A stretch of DNA of 64,000 nt, taken from assembly GCA_963849325.1 (NCBI GenBank), contig CAWKHF010000005.1:416001-480000 (forward strand). The letters are read 5' to 3'. Made by a program: the position numbers and the translations under genes. The notes under the pieces were generated by a model. It had not been told where the DNA came from. It saw only the letters and a program-made list of their open reading frames with translations, and searched no databases. Origin of the DNA: an uncultured Planctomycetota bacterium (GTDB lineage: Bacteria; Planctomycetota; Planctomycetia; Gemmatales; Gemmataceae). Of the stretch, positions 63,888 to 64,000 are shown one piece after another; the stretch's first letter is position 1; every line of letters starts with the position of its first letter.

Positions 63888-64000
63888 TCATCGTCCCCGC
63901 GGCATCATTTTTGCCTTCACAGTAAGTCTCCCGGCTATACTCGCGGGCCACGGGCGCGACAAGGTCGCTCCTCCCTAGGTGTCCGCCGCCCGCACGAAAA

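Overview
High-GC bacterial chromosome segment, most likely a Gemmataceae-like planctomycete. This is inferred from LEPR-XLL-type secreted proteins, an ECF sigma/Ser-Thr kinase pair, a Bat operon and dense palindromic REP-like elements. Single-base indels break many ordinary genes, which points to an unpolished long-read assembly, so most splits are treated as artefacts. Contents in order: suhB, a GH30 hydrolase and an oxidoreductase; tRNA-Cys followed by a decayed integrative island (integrase and DUF3987 remnants, a PLD-fold unknown, an M48/YgjP-like gene, and a Type I R-M locus whose hsdS is truncated and runs into an HATPase-wHTH gene); a three-gene envelope module; a second, independent tRNA-Cys; an osmoprotectant ABC transporter interrupted by hicBA; a sigma54-led amt-glnK-GSIII nitrogen cluster; two large secreted proteins; ECF-STK; two-component genes; uup; batA-E; GT-C glycosyltransferases; and a LipB-like gene lacking its catalytic residues. 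The top finding is a PAS-HisKA-HATPase-REC hybrid kinase (53735-55302) with an in-frame TGA at a normally Cys position of its PAS domain, followed by a SECIS-like hairpin. It is a candidate selenocysteine-containing sensor kinase.
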